Shown here in pieces: positions 27,709 through 39,757 of a DNA stretch of 64,000 nucleotides. The stretch covers positions 124,001-188,000 of the forward strand of contig NC_045138.2 of NCBI RefSeq assembly GCF_008831285.2. The letters are read 5' to 3'. Under the pieces are notes generated by a model that saw nothing but the letters and a program-made list of their open reading frames with translations, did not search any database and was not told where the DNA came from. This stretch comes from Nymphaea colorata. Taxonomy: Eukaryota. The translations under genes and the position numbers were made by a program. Every line of letters begins with the position of its first letter. Position 1 is the first letter of the stretch.

Positions 27709-28021
27709 TGATAAAATGACGATGGCCGAAGATCACAATGAAAGATTTCCTCCTAAAATCAAGCAATCAGCTGAAGATCAAGATAGAAGATCTCTTCCTA
27801 AAATCAAGCAGTGGGCTGAGGATAACAATGAAGAATCAATTCTTAAAATCAAGCAATCGATTTGTGGATCCCTGCTGTAAACACCAACTATAAATATGAA
27901 TAAAGAACTCTCTCATATTCATTGAGAAAGAGAGAGGTTTCCATTTGTCATGGATGTAGGCTGAGTTTAGCCGAACCACGTTAATTGTTTTGAGTGTTCT
28001 CTATTGTTTTTTGTTTTTATA
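27709..28021 (+). repeat. 5' LTR (313 bp)
   Basis: Colinear with 33173-33485, about 17 substitutions by hand count and no indels seen. Contains TATAAATA and a 3 x 45-bp internal repeat. Confidence 0.95.
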
Positions 28022-28574
28022 TGGTATCAGAGCTAAAGGCATCAGCCAAAGCTCCCGTTTTTAGACCTGCGATTGATGAATTCTTGCTAGTGTCTGAAAG
28101 TTGTGCGTCCCTTCTTCGCTGCAGCCTCACGTTTCACCATTTCAGAAAGTCGTGCGTCTGTCCTTCGCTGCAGTTTTTCATCTTTTCCTCATTAATGTCA
28201 CTGGTAGAATTCTTGCTAGTATTGGAAAGTTGTGTGTCTCTCCCTCGCTGCAGCCTCACATTTCACTTTTTCGAAAAGGCATGTGTCCCCTTTTTCGCTG
28301 CAGCCTCGTTTCCTAGTGCACTTTCCTTTCACCACTTTCTTCTCTGGCTGCATCCTATTTCGCAGGCGACGTTCTGTTTCTTTGGCATTACAGCAAGATT
28401 CAAACCTGATCTGAGACAGAAGAAGAGTTTCTCCAGCGAAGAAAAAGAGGGTGGAAACTGAATTTGGGATTGTCGGACTGGTGTGTTACTTGAACTCCTT
28501 CTCTGAGGTACCTACCTCTGTCGCTGCTTGGTTAATATACTTTGTTATCTATGAGGCAAATCGTTGTGGATATC

Positions 28575-31500
28575 ATGGCTGCTGTAAATTCGACTGAGTC
28601 TGGCTCAACAGTAGCTCCTGTCCCTAATCCAGGAACTCAAGGGAATGCTTTTTCCAGTCTAGTTTCTGATAGATTGGACAAAAGCAATTATTTGCTATGG
28701 CGCTTACAAATTACTAGTGTGATAAAAAGTCAAGGCATATTGAGGTACGTTAATGGCTCTTTTAATGCTCCACCCGAATATCTTAATGTTGATCAAACTA
28801 AGCCGAATCCAGAATATGATACATGGGAACGTGCAGACCAGTTAGCCTTGAGTTGGATTATGGCGACTGTGTCTGAAACCATTTTACCTCAGCTAATTTC
28901 CTACACCTCGGCCCATCAAGCTTGGTGTGCTCTTGAACAACAATATGCCTCACAGTCTAACTTAAGGATCATTAAGTTGAAACGTGATTCACAAAATGTG
29001 AAAAAGGGAGACATGCTCATGGCTGATTACTTAAATCACGTTAAGTTTCTGTATGACTCTTTAGCTGTTGTCATTCATGTGATTTCTGATTCATATCTGG
29101 TTCTTTATACTCTGAATGGCTTATCGAGTGAATATGAAGTGTTTATCACCACTGTTACCACTTTCAAGCAATTGCTAAGTTTTTTCGAAATTTTTGATAT
29201 GCTGGTCACTCAAGAAAATCGTCTTCGCATTCTTACGCCACCATCATATAATAACAGTGACTCCTCCGTTGTCGCCTTTGTTGCCCAACGTAGGTGAGGT
29301 CGAGGTAACTTCAACTATGCAAGAGGAAGAGGTAATGGTCGCAATGGTGGCCACAGCCGCAAAAATAATAATTATGGCAATGGTGGGCGTGGAAACAATA
29401 CTCTCAACACCAACTTCAAATCTGCTCAATGAGTCATTTGCCAATATAGTGGTCACATAAACCATATGGCTCGCCAATGTTACAATATACCAAAGGGATT
29501 TATGGCTATGGCACTTAATGTTGGAGTTAATACAAGTCAAGTCAATACTGATGCATCTCCCTCTAATACGACTAATGATAGTCAAGAGTGGTACCTTGAT
29601 ACAGGACCCACCCACCACATGACCAACACCAATCAGTCGGTGCAAGGTACTATTTCTTACTCTGGATTTGATTCTGTTGTTGTAGGTAGTGGAGAAAGAC
29701 TTGCTATTAGAAGTATTGGTAATGTGTCGCTGCCATCTAAAAATACTTCACCTTAAAGAATGTTTTGCATGTGCCGACATTACAAAAGAACTTACTTTCT
29801 GTGGCCAAGTTTACTAAGGACAACACTTGCAAAACGGAATTCACACCTCATGGTTTTACTATTAATAATCTGCAAATGGGGGAGATAATGCACATAGGAC
29901 TTCTTAAAGAAGGATTATACTCGTGGTCGAATGCTCTTGGAGACACTGCAGCTGTTGGGACAAGGAATAAAGTGCAACATGAAGGTTGCAAAAGCTATCT
30001 TTCTATTTCAAATGGAGTCGTTGACACTTCTGTAGGGGACTCTAATAAGTTATTTGATTTATGGCATACACGCTTGAGACATGCTAATGTTTATTTGATG
30101 AATAAAATGATTGCATCAAGATTGATTTCTGCTGATTCTATGCATAAAAATAAAGTGTGTTTTATTTATGCTTTAGCCAAGATGCATCAATTACTTTTCC
30201 CTAGAGCAGATTTCAAGGCTTCCGCTCCTTTAGAAATGCTTCATGCATATCTATGGGGACCTTTCTCATGCACATCTAGGAAAGGCTACAACTATTCTTT
30301 GGTGATAGTAGATGATTACTCATGTTTTACATGGATCTTTTCTTTAATAAAAAAATCAGATACTTTCGCTTACTTTCAGAATTTTCACAAAATTGTGAGC
30401 AACAACTTGAACAGAAAGTGAAAATCTTTCATAGTGATTCTGATGGAGAATTCTTGAGTCACGCTTTTTTTTATTATCTTAATGTTCAAGGCATTCGACG
30501 ATGGCTTTCGTGTCTGCACACACCACAACAAAATGGCATTGCAGAGCGAAAGCATCGACATATTGTGGAAATGGGATTGAGTATGCTCATCCAAGCAAGT
30601 ATGCCCACACGTTTTTGGATTGATGCTTTCAAAATGGCGGTTTACATTATCAATCGGTTACCTATAATTGACATGCAGAAGGTGACACCATATAAAAAGA
30701 TACTTGGTGAAAAACCCCAACTTGTTAAGGTTTTTGGATGCACTGTTTACCCTCTTGCTGGGCCTCAACATAAATCCAAACTTGCACCAAAATCTTATGC
30801 TTGCATTTTTCTTGGCTATGCTAAATGTCATAAAGGTTACATCTGCTATAATCCCTTAGACAAACATGCCATCATATCTAGACATGTCTTATTTGATGAA
30901 AGTACATTTCTTTATTCAGGTATTTCTCCACCAACCACCACCAACGAAATTATCCAATGGCTAGCGTCCAATCATACCGATCCACCAATAGTCAAGCCTC
31001 TTATTTCTCTGCCAAACCCTTGTTCCAACATTATTGAACCATGTAACCCAAATCCTAGCAATCAAGATACGGAACCTACACCTAGTAGCATTGAAACCAA
31101 TGTTGAACACAATGAACCTCTTCGTCAACCTGAACTTCAACCACCACCATCACATGCCAACCATATCAAGAGTCACTCTATGGTCACTAGATCTCAAGAT
31201 GGGACGCGAAGACCCAAATTTTTCCCTTATCTTAGTGAAACAAAGACCCCTATCAAAGACTATGAACCCATAAATTTGCAAGCAGCTCAAAAAGATTTTA
31301 GGTGGGTCGATGACATGACTAGTGAAATCTATGCTCTTCATAACGATAAAACTTGGGAATTGGTACCTTGTCAGCCTCATGGTAATGTTGTGGGTTGCCG
31401 ATGGATGTACAAGGTCAAACAACATGCAGATGGCTCAGTGGCACGATTCAAGGCTCGTCTTGTAGCCAAAGGGTATAGTCAAAGAGAATATATTGATTAT

Positions 31501-33150
31501 TCAGAAACTTTCAACCCAGTCATTAAACCTACTACTATCCATTTGGTTTTATCTATTGATACCAGACAGGGATGGATTATTCACCAACTGGATGTGAATA
31601 ATGTCTTTTTGCGTGACACACTAAAGGAAGGAGTATATATGAGTCAACCACCAGGATTTGTAGACAATGATCACCCTGATTATGTGTGTCAATTGAAGAA
31701 GTCTCTATATGGACTTAAGCAAGCTCCTCGAGCATGGTTTGAAAGTTTGAGCACATATCTCATATCTAAAGGATTTGCAGGGTCCAAATCTGATTCGTCT
31801 CTGTTTGTATATACTTTGTCATCATGCATTGTGTATATTCTCATATTGTAGATAATGATCATCCTGATTATGTGTGCCAATTGAAGAAGTCTTTATATGG
31901 ACTTAAGCAAGCTCCTCGAGCATGGTTTGAAAGTTTGAGCACATATCTCATATCTAAAGGATTTGCAGGGTCCAAATTTGATTCGTCTCTGTTCGTATAT
32001 ACTTTGTCATCATGCATTGTGTACATTCTCATATTGTAGATAATGATCACCCTGATTATGTGTGCAAATTGAAGAAGTTTCTATATAGACTTAAGCAAGT
32101 TCCTCGAGCATGGTTTGAAAGTTTGAGCACATATCTCATATCTAAAGGATTTGTAGGATCCAGATCTGATTCGTCTCTGTTCGCATATACTTCTCCATCA
32201 TGCATTGTGTACATTCTCATATATGTTGATGACTTTATTTTAAAAAGAAACTCCCCACTTGAGACACAAAACATCATTCATGAGATAAGTAACAAATTCT
32301 CCATCAAGGATTTGGGAAAGTTTCACTACTTTCTTGGGATAGAAGTTGAATATAATGGATCTGATATTTATCTCCCACAAAAAAATACATAAGTGACATC
32401 TTTGCTAGAGCTTAAATGGGAGAAGCCAAAGCCATTGTCATACCAGCTGCTTCTAACATATCCCTTTCAAAATTTGAAGGAGAAAAACTCAAGGAGTATA
32501 GAAGCATTGTGGGCACACTTTAATATGTGATCCTCACACGTCTAGACATTGTATATGCAGTCAACAAGGCAAGTCAATTTTTTCATGAACCCATTAATCT
32601 TCACTGGACACATGTAAAACGGATCCTTCGTTATCTTCAAGGAACTCGAGCTTATGGTCTACATATAAAAGCATCCCCACATTGAAAACTTGAAGCATAT
32701 TCAGATGCTGATTGGGCCGGTTATTCTGATGACAGAAGATCCACAAATGGATTTGTCACTATGTTGGGTGGAAAAATAATATCTTGGAGATCAAACAAAC
32801 AACATATAGTAGCTTGTTCAAGTACAGAGGTAGAATATAAGGCAATAGCAGGAGCTACTGTAGAACTTACATGGCTAAGGCACCTTCTCAACAACTTACA
32901 GTTCCCACTACATGATGTCCCTATATTAAAGTCTGATAATTTGGGAGCTACCTATCTTGCAGTCAATCATGTTTTTCATGCACTAACAAAACATATCGAA
33001 ATATATTTTCACTTTGTTAGAGAAAAAGTCAGTAAAGGAGAAATTTAAGTTGAATTTGTCAAATTTGAACATCAGATAACAGATATTTTAACTAAGCCAT
33101 TACCAGGGCCGAGGTTCATTCTCTCAAAGACAAACTCAATCTTGTTGACA
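28575..33150 (+). pseudogene. Disrupted copia gag-pol polyprotein
   Basis: Gag (LDKSNYLLW...W...DQL.LSWI), degenerate zinc knuckle CQYSGHINHMARQC, protease WYLDTGPTHHMT, integrase (LWH.RL.H, HSDSDGEF, TPQQNGIAERKHRHI), RT ([33 protein letters not shown]), RNase H (YSDADWAG, SSTEVEY, TKHIEI.FHFVRE). Many stops (e.g. TGA 29295, TAA 32521) and frameshifts. The 3' end is approximate. Confidence 0.93.
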
Positions 33151-33172
33151 CAAGTATTGGTTTGAGGGGGCA

Positions 33173-33485
33173 TGATAAAATGACGATGGCTGAAGATCAC
33201 AATGAATGATCTCCTCCTAAAATCAAGCAATCAGCTGAAGATCAAGATAGAAGATCTCTTCCTAAAATCAAGTAGTGGACTGAGGATAACGATGAAGAAT
33301 CAATTCCTAAAATCAAGCAATCGATTTGTGGATCCCTGCTGTAAACTCCAACTATAAATATCAATAAAGAACTCTCTCATATTCATTGAGAAAGAGAGAG
33401 GTTTCCCTTTGTCGTGGATGTAGGCTTAGTTTAGCTCAACCCCGTTAATTGTTTTGAGTGTTCTCTACTATTTTTTGTTTTTATA
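33173..33485 (+). repeat. 3' LTR (313 bp)
   Basis: Follows the PPT; matches the 5' LTR from TGATAAAATGAC to TTGTTTTTATA. Confidence 0.95.
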
Positions 33486-35714
33486 CTTATCTCATCTTGT
33501 AAACTATTATTATTGTCAAGACAAAGACAACTAATACTCCTCGTAGACGTATGGTGAGTAAAATCACACATCCTTGTGTTCTCCTGTGCATTGTACGTGT
33601 CTTATCCTCTTCATATGCTCATTTTCCTCATAGATTTTGTGAACATTACCTTTTGTTCAACCAGATTAACTCCTAACTATAGGTACCTTTTTCATTCGTA
33701 TGTAACATAAGGTTTGACGCTGCCATGCTTAGTCTGCAGTTTCATTCTTATACAAAAACAATGAATTGAACTTTAAACTTTTGGTTCAGTGTCATGGAAA
33801 ACTACCAAGTTCTTTGGTGCATGCTCAAACATTAGTTTTGTGGTTTCCCATCTGTCTAAAACCTCTAAGTAGTCGTCCTTGCATGCCAGGAAAGATTACT
33901 CATTGCTTCATGCTTGTGGTGAGGGATGAAACACATTAAAGTTTCGACCTCTTTAAGCTTGAAAAGATTCAAGAGAGCTCAACTGGAAATATGATTGTGT
34001 GAGTGCCTTTGTCTGTAGCTCTGCCTAACTGGAAAAAGGTCAGTCAGCTTTAAGTCCTTTAAGTGAAAGCGATCAAGGGCTAAAGATTCTCCAATTCCAG
34101 CTTGCAAAATACATGCACACTCTCACACATACAGGCACAGACCTGCAATAAGTAAAAGAAAAGTACCATTTATAGTTAATTTATGCAGAAGCTGAGATTG
34201 ATATGTGAAACCTAAAACTTAAAATGCCAATCATAAGATTTTCCTTCACATAGCCCTGATAATGGGATTTGTAGTTATGCTTGTGTTCTTCTAGTTGCAT
34301 CAGTGCAGCCTAAACATCCAGTAATCTTACTGGAGTCAGAAAGTGGTGCAGTATAGTTTACCTGTGAGTTAGAGAATTAAGAATCTAAGGCAGATTACAC
34401 CAGGATCTCATTTTCAGGGGAGTTTTACAATCTCTCTCTCTGTGTGTGTGTGTGTGGAAAACAAAGACAGAAGAAAAGGTTTCATGGTAATTGTCCACTG
34501 GACAATGTATGTTGATATTTTTTAAACAACTATTGTTATCAGTTTATCACACCTTAGCTACTCAGATTGGTGCTGACTTAATTACCCATGCTGATCTTCA
34601 GTAAGTTGCATTATGTTGGGGTGGAATTCATGCGCTTCCAAGAATTTCTCCTCGATGAGTAGATTTTCCAAATGAGAAAGGAAAAGGTATCAGAAGGCTT
34701 TACATCCAAAGGAGACGACAAAAATTCACTGCAAATCTTTCATCAACTACAAAATTTCTCTTACATTATCAACAAAGTTGCTACCCAACAAAATTTGAGT
34801 GGTCTAAAAGATCAGATCAACAATAGCAACAACAATAGTACTATTATATTCACATGTATTGTAGGTGCTGAATATGATGGATTAGCAAAGACCCGTTCCA
34901 TCATTCATAGTCAAGTGCTTCCAAAGGTCTGTCTGCCAGCTTGCCCTAGTGAATGGAAGAAGGAGAAAAAGGAAAAAGAAGTTGCTAGCATGTGAAGCCA
35001 AGATAAAGGCCTCCAACATTAGGTCAAGGATTTTGCCTACCTTGTCCCCAAAACAAGATAGAGTTCCCGTCTTCTTCTTCTTGTTCCTTTCATCATACTC
35101 TGACCAAAATTTGCAGTAATTTAGTGCTGCTGGAAAACTCCAAACCCCTGTTGAAAGTCAAGTGATTATGTCTGCAGTTCTCTGCCGTTGTACAATAGGA
35201 CTAGCTGGGCTGTTGAAAAACAGGGACAAGGTTTTCCGTGCTTCTGAAAACATCATGATTTTGTCAATGATATCTGAACAAATCTGGTTTTTTCAATACA
35301 TAATTGCACAATTGAAGATGACCCACTATTATATTCACTCTCTATTTGTAGTTAAGATCAATATCTCACTAAGTTTTTCAGGGTTCCAGGAACAAAAGGT
35401 TTTTCAAATAGATCACCCAAAGGGTACTTGATTTTGTTGCATCTCAAAAAATTTTGGCTCGAGATGTAGGAAAAGTCTGGAAGAAAGCTGTGGCTCTTGG
35501 AAGTTGATTATTCCAAAGTCTAAAATCCCACAGCCTATGGAAGAATTTCTAATGCAAAGTTAGGCACTGCACTGAGTTGCACTGTAACATTCATAAAGTT
35601 ATTCTAATTGAAAGTGGAGGAAGTTAGCTGATACCTATATCAAGCTTGTCTTAAGCTGTTGGAGGTAATACTTAAATTGGGTGATGGTAAAAGGACCAAT
35701 TTCATTGTTGTCAC

Positions 35715-36078
35715 CATAGTCACAAATAACGTTTCGGAGTTCTAAATGGTGAGGTTTTCTCAGGTATAATACAGCGACCTTGAAAAAAGTGAGAAAAATA
35801 CAGAAAAAATATGTTAAATTTTTAAAATTTTTAAAAAATAGAAAATAAAATAAGTGAAAAACTAGATTTGCAACAAATAAAAGGTAAAAAATAAAAAAAA
35901 AACTGTTTGGCATTAAAAACTGAAAAATGTGAAAAAAAAAGTCGAAAAAGTGTGTTAAAAACGCTTTTTTTCGTTTTGAACGTTTTTTAATGTGTTTTTT
36001 TAGTTTTAAACGAAAATTTATTTTATCACATTTTTTTTTAGTTTTTTTTCAAAAAAAAATGTGTTTGTTGTGACTATG
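35715..36078. mobile_element. MITE family D (CATAGTCACAA TIR; A-rich then T-rich interior)
   Basis: Perfect 11-bp TIR CATAGTCACAA/TTGTGACTATG; homologous to 38039-38402. Confidence 0.75.
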
Positions 36079-37076
36079 AACGTCACCATAGTTACTATAC
36101 TGAAGAACTAGTCAGATTTAAATATACCTAGCACAAGCCCTGAGGAGATGCATATGGATAATTTTTCGAAACATGTGAGTTTGGCCCCCATAAAACTTTC
36201 AAAAAGTAGGTATTGGCATCTATGGAAACTTATGAAAAATTATATTCAGTGTATCACGTGACAATTTGTGCCCCCAAGGGCAAAATCCTAGCTCCGCCCC
36301 TATTGCATATACCAATGGAGGCTCACATTTCGGGGTTTTTTAAACCAAGTTTTCAGAAAACTGGATTAGATGAGGGTGTCATCCAAACGCCCCCGAAAGA
36401 AAAACATAAAATACTGTAATTCTGATGACTTCAGGAGCCACATATACCTGGATCTATGTACAGTATATATTTGACAACAAGCTTTTAAATATTTCAAAAA
36501 GATTTGTTCTAAAGTTCTTAAAAAAAATTCAAAAGTTTTCCCCTTTTCTAGTTTTGTCATTATAAACGGAAAGAAGTTCAAAGGCATAAAGTAAAGTTCA
36601 TGAAGCAGTCACTAGTTGCCATGACTGGTCCACCAAATAGTAGTGTGAAGTATAAAACATCTAAGAGTCAATATGGATCCATATCAACAGTGTCTCCATG
36701 ATGGTAGCTTCAGGAAAAATGTACAAATCTATCACGAGCAAGTGTATGTATAAGGGACACCTGCTTCTAGAACTCAAGACTCTTAAAAAAGGCATTCGGT
36801 GACATATAATCTTATTTTTTGTCTCTTGCATGTCTCTTCGAGGGCATTATCTTAGAATATATGATCGTAGATTATATGAGATATTGCGATCTTAGATCCC
36901 AAAATTTCAAATCCTTGATCTTTAATACGTATATGAAATTATATGTTTGAAAGACATCTGGATTACATTATGATTTTGTAATCCTTGTGTCTTTAAAATC
37001 CGCGGATCTCTCTCTCTCTCTCTGGTACCTAGGGGACCTCTTGTCCTCAAATTTTGTTATATATTCTCATTTTATC

Positions 37077-37145
<69 letters not shown>

Positions 37146-38038
37146 TTGAGTTACAATGAGAACCTTAGTTCATAGTTTTCAAGTTTGTAGTTAGCTTGAA
37201 CCATGATTTAAAGTGAATCCCATGTAAGGTCAAACACACAGGTCTAAGATCAGGAGCAAGCCAACCCTCCTCAGATCCATGATATCTCCTTATTCTAATG
37301 TTCAATCAAATATTTGGTTAACGTAAAATTAAAGAAGTATAAATCTTAAGTCAGATTACTTTGTATCGAACTAAAGATCCTTAATACGATGTCTTTGATT
37401 TGATATGATGCCTTTGGTACTTTGGTATCTCGGATTTAAGATCTTGGATTCAATGGTAGGGCTATTTTTTATTTTATTTGATGGTTTATCTAGTTCCAGA
37501 GAGAGAGAGAGAGACTTTATATGGTTGCAATCTCTCGGAGAGGTTAGGAATATCAAAGGATCAGATTTGAATCGGATAAACCTTAACCATATCCATTTTT
37601 TTGGTATTTACCCATTTGGATTCGAAGTCAGATTCGAATATGAACAAAGAAAAATCATTTCTGAATCTGAAATCCAATTTCACAACATAAATCCAATTCA
37701 ATTGTGATTTTTACATTCATATCTGAATCTGAATCTGAATTTTAAACCAGATCTGGCCGATTTTCAAAATATAAGAACATTGGATATAGGATACTTATTT
37801 AAAGCTAAATCAGACGAGATTTATGTACGTTCAAATCTTGATCGGATGTCATTTTTAAAATCTAAACCTAAACCTATTTCTTAATTGAATATCAAAATTT
37901 TTTCCGTATCCAACATGGGAATTTGCCTTATGATGTGATCATATATAGGTAAAACAAGTAAATCAACACTACCTATTTGATGTAAATCCAAAGATTTTGC
38001 AATTTGAGAATTAAATACGATACAAAATTACCTAGTAC

Positions 38039-38402
38039 CATAGTCACAAATAACGTCTTGAGGTTTTTCATGGGTATAATATGGTGAGTTTGAAAAAAAT
38101 GAGAAAGATATGGTAAATTTTTTAAAATTAAAAAAAACTAAAAATAGAGAAAAATAAAAAAAAGTGAGAAACTAATAACACAAACATCAAAAGATAAGTA
38201 AATTTACAACAAAAAAAAAAAACTGTTTCGTATTAAAAGAACTGAAAAAAAGTGAAAAAAAAATAAAAAAGGCCAAAAAAATGCATTAAAACGTGTTTTT
38301 TGGTTTTTAATGTTGTTTTAAAAAAAACACGTTTTTTAAAGTTTTAAACGGCCGCATATTTTTGGCATTTTTTTCGAAAAAAACGCTTTTTCTATTACTA
38401 TG
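38039..38402. mobile_element. MITE family D copy with 8-bp TSD
   Basis: CATAGTCACAAATAACG...TATTACTATG, TSD CCTAGTAC/CTTAGTAC (7/8). Same length (364 bp) as the 35715 copy. Confidence 0.75.
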
Positions 38403-39567
38403 CTTAGTACATAAATATTAAAATGTTAAAAAGGCATCAAAGTATGGCGGCACTGAAGATTATTCTTCTCCAGTTCCGGCGGTGGGAAAGCGCCAAATTT
38501 CTAGTTCTAGTTGATGCTAGGCTGCTTAACTTATCTAAATACAGGAAAGGGAGAGGATGCTCCGCCTGAGATCGAGGATGAACTATTCCTTGGAAAGTTG
38601 AAGAAAGAGATGCGTAATGGATTCATCTTCCTGGACCCAAGAAGATGGAAGCAGTAAAGAGGCAACTGAGAGTTGACTCAAATAAAGAAAAGAGTTTATT
38701 CAGCAGACACATACCGAAGAAGTTTGTTCGATGATGGCGTCCTTCAAGAACATGATTCCATTTTGGTATTCGAAACTTGAGCAGAACGAAGTCAGCAGCA
38801 CGTGAGAACCAAAAGCTTAGAAAAGATTATTATTAATGAATCTGAGCTTCAATGACTCAACGGGGATGGAGACTGAGCTTCAATGACTCAACGGGGATGG
38901 AGATTGCATTAACTGAATTCAAAGGCAATCCAAAGCCAGATCTGGTCAATGAAACCTTTCTAGAGAACTCTAATGCAAATACAATTCAACTTATCACAGA
39001 AAGACAGAGAGCAATTTGGCTTCTTATAGTTGTGTTAAGTGGGATGTGGCCAAGCCCAGTGGAAAAAAGGTATCAAAATGGGACTTGGGTCGTGGAGTTA
39101 TAGACTTGAGTACAGTTGGCAAACTCACAAGCCGATTCGGGAAGTGTTCGAGTCAACTTGGATCAGCTTGGAATGAGTGACGATCTCACACAGGGGCGGA
39201 GCCAAGGTAGGGCCTGCATGGGCTTTGGTCTCACTTCAAATTTTTTTTTTTTTTAAAACATCCACATGTAAATTTTAAAAAAATTACTTATATATAAAAA
39301 AATTGAAAAATGATAGTTAGGCTCTAGTTAATGGATTTAATACGATGTATGATGATATGTTAAATGTGGGGTACTTGTACCGCTTTCGGTTTTTCACTTA
39401 AAAGGTTAAAACCATTTACAAGATTTTGCCTTTCGTTGTTCCTCCCCAGGGGAGTTTGTTTAGCGGACAACACTCTAGTGGACGGACATATATCTGCCAT
39501 GTAGAGTTTCACCCATGCTTCATTAAACACCGAAGATGTATCTGCGTGCGCTCTCTAGGGCGAGAGC

Positions 39568-39757
39568 CAGCGGCGTAGCCAGAAAATTTTTTTGGAGGGG
39601 CACTGATTCATATTTTCTAAGCGTGAGGGACACTTGCATATACAACAAAGTAAATATTTGACGACCTTGATGTAAAAATAAAAGAAAATTGAAGGGCTGG
39701 TGTGGGCAGTTGTGTGGGCAAACTGCCCACACCAGCCTATATGTAGGTCCGCTACTA
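39568..39757. mobile_element. MITE family B (CAGTGGCGGAGCC-type TIR with subterminal palindrome), hAT-like
   Basis: CAGCGGCGTAGCC...GGTCCGCTACTA, TSD GCGAGAGC/GTGAGAGC (7/8). Carries the GCTGGTGTGGGCA..TGCCCACACCAGC palindrome. Relatives near 22345-22690, 24741, 42605-42880 and 50220-50400. Confidence 0.75.

Larger units (their letters stand above)
27709..33485 (+). mobile_element. Full-length, inactivated Ty1/copia LTR retrotransposon (short-LTR, Ale/Retrofit-like)
   Basis: Two 313-bp LTRs (27709-28021, 33173-33485), PBS TGGTATCAGAGC (28022-28033, tRNA-iMet), PPT TTGAGGGGG before the 3' LTR, TSD CTAAT/CTTAT, domain order gag-PR-INT-RT-RH. Confidence 0.96.

Noticed and set aside
27727..27860. 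CRISPR-like or heat-shock-element array
   Set aside because: Units are contiguous degenerate tandem repeats with no unique spacers, the DNA is eukaryotic with no cas genes, and GAA/TTC spacing does not fit nGAAnnTTCn.
27497..28461. 127-aa and 155-aa ORFs with internal repeats
   Set aside because: They run across the LTR and leader tandem repeats of the copia element and show no protein motif.
34873..34905. Small hairpin TGATGGA...TCCATCA as a possible miRNA precursor
   Set aside because: The stem is too short and I saw no match to conserved plant miRNA families; the TGACAGAAG-like words at 46407 and 63937 also diverge from miR156.
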